Source: Psammoneis japonica
Taxonomy: Eukaryota
Reading direction: 5' to 3'
Length of the DNA: 64,000 nt
Assembly: GCA_008632985.1 (NCBI GenBank)
Contig: QPGO01000052.1
Span: 62,001 to 126,000, forward strand
Part shown: positions 62,090 through 64,000 of the stretch, piece by piece
Position numbering within the stretch: position 1 is the stretch's first letter
Layout: every line of letters starts with the position of its first letter
Made by a program: the position numbers and the translations under genes
Notes under the pieces: model-generated
What the model saw: only the letters and a program-made list of their open reading frames with translations
What the model was told of the DNA's origin: nothing
The model's database searches: none

Positions 62090-64000
62090 ATGCCGAGATT
62101 CACGGCACCATCATCATCGGATGAAGATTCGCCGTCGGCAAATCCTCTCTACGAAAAACTGACTCTTGATTCGCACATATCTAAAAGGAGGAGGGGAAAA
62201 CGAGACAAGGATCGGAATTGGTCTAAGCGACGGAAGTTATCTGATGAAGCGAACAAAGCTCCAAAGTATCATTCAAACGGGGTGAGGAATCACCAAAGAG
62301 AGCTCGACTCGAAACGGTCTTCAGAGCCCCTCCGCGCCCGCCAAAGCTCGCGTGAGACGGGCCGCGCTGAAACTATCCAATACCAAGAATATCTGACGTG
62401 GACGGAGATTGATAAAAGCCTAGGGCCTATTCTCGGGGAATGCGACACTTCAACGACCCTACTTGGTTAGGAGGCCGATTGGATTGTCGGAAGAAGAAAC
62501 GAAAGCTCTGACCACGACTCGAGTTTGCAACGATTTCAAACCATTTCAAGGGCCCAGTAATGAAATTCGAAAACGAAATCAAGGTAAGCGACACGCATTT
62601 CATTTTGTTGCCAGCGCGATCACGACACTTTCTTCTCATCGACTTCATCTCTTTCTTTTGAATTTAGAAATAGCGAAGGCACCTTCTGCCTGGCATTATT
62701 TTGTCAACGATACGAAACCGGCAGTCACTCCCAAGCAAACTTCGAGCAATACTATGGAATCGAGCAGAGCTCTAGAGGCAAACGGATTATCGTCTGACAC
62801 GAAAGCCGGGAGTGCCGTTGTCTTGGACGCGTCTGGTGTTGTGAATCAGCGTGATACCAGCCCAGCTAGATTCAAGACGCAAGGGGGCACTGGAGGCCGC
62901 CCGGTGCTTGTCAATAGCACGAATCATCAAAGCCTTCGCCGCGCTTCCTCTGGCAACCATTCAACTCGGACAAGGACATTTTCTTCTGCAGCCACTCCAC
63001 CCAAGAAGAAAACGCATCGGCCACTCTATCCCATTCCGGGTGTTTGCGAGACGAACGAAAAGGAAAACCAAGAAGCTGAACAAAACAAAGTCAACTGCAT
63101 TTCGTCCAAAGCTCCGCCCAACAGAGGTGTCAGGTCTACCAGCCGCAGTAAAGCAAATTCCGCATCACTTGATAGAGTACGCACTGCGTCGACAGTGGAT
63201 GCTGGCCTCGACAAATCCAGCTCCAAACGGAGTGGTCCTTCCGCAAAAGCGACACCTGCCACAAATGAAAACGTCTTTGCAGCCACCGCAGATTCAATGT
63301 TAGGTGCAAATAAGAGTCCTGAAAACAGTGGCTTGTCAGGGCACACTGTTTCAAATGTTCGCGGTAAGACATTGGTTTGATTTGTTTGCATCTTGTGTTT
63401 TTTCTTTACCCAATGCTCATTCTTGTCAATTTTTGTCTTGAATCTGCTATCCTTTAGTAGATGGCGCATCTATCAACACCCGGGCTGCTACGACAGTGGA
63501 AGTTGTCGCCAATGGATCAACATCAAGGGAGGACACAACTCAAGTTGCCAGTGGATCCGAAGTGCGAAGTGGGAAATCTCCTTCTGCCACTTTTTTGATT
63601 GGTGCAACCATGGGTATAGGAAGCACGCCCACTGCTGATGGACAAGAACGGGACGCCCTCAAGAAGACATCCGCTTCACCGCGTCAGTTTCCTGTTGCCC
63701 ACAACAAGGAAGGGCCAACCAAACATTTCATACCTCCTTTTTCCCATTACAATGCAGAGCCAACCGAAGATACGGCAAACGACTACGACCACACGGGGGA
63801 AAATCTTATAAGAAATGACAGTTCCATATCTCGATTGAGTGTGTACGATGCAGATTCGTTCGAGGTGAAGGGAGAAGAAGAAGCAAATAAAGAAGTCGTT
63901 GATAGCACCGTTATAGCCGCATCAGTCACACGAGTGCGCAATCTTGCCTCTGGAGTACCCCAAGTTGCGAACGGAACTGATGAGATGACCAACTTACAGG
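62090..64000 (+). CDS. Hypothetical low-complexity Ser/Thr/Lys-rich protein, runs off the window; possible lesion at ~62468
   Basis: ATG at 62090 and intron-like GT-AG segments at ~62584-62667 and ~63364-63458. The stop or frame change at 62468-62470 is unresolved. Confidence 0.45.

Overview
This is eukaryotic nuclear DNA, most likely from a diatom or related stramenopile, judging by short 65-120 nt GT-AG introns, CoDi-like copia gag relics and RNase H-bearing LINE relics. Ordinary gene islands alternate with three blocks of decayed mobile DNA. The gene islands (~11.3-22.2, 41.8-55.8 and 61.6-64 kb) encode a GT32/OCH1-like glycosyltransferase, three SLC44/CTL paralogues, a histone-fold protein, a Med4-like protein, a 5xWW plus SF-assemblin-like protein, an IGHMBP2-like helicase and hypothetical proteins. 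The decayed blocks lie at ~1-11.3, 22.2-41.4 and 55.9-61.6 kb. The main signal is that TpA has almost vanished inside these blocks, along with CpG, and both appear converted to TpG/CpA. Conserved Tyr codons in TE relics and trapped host genes (Ran, RanGAP, Prp3) read as Cys or His, which means A>G changes at TpA on both strands, with an apparent TAY preference. This points to a regional, RIP-like adenine-directed hypermutation process, the opposite of fungal RIP. Block B also holds an adjacent RanGAP and Ran-like pseudogene pair. All homology calls come from motif recognition by eye, with no database searches, and all counts are manual and approximate.
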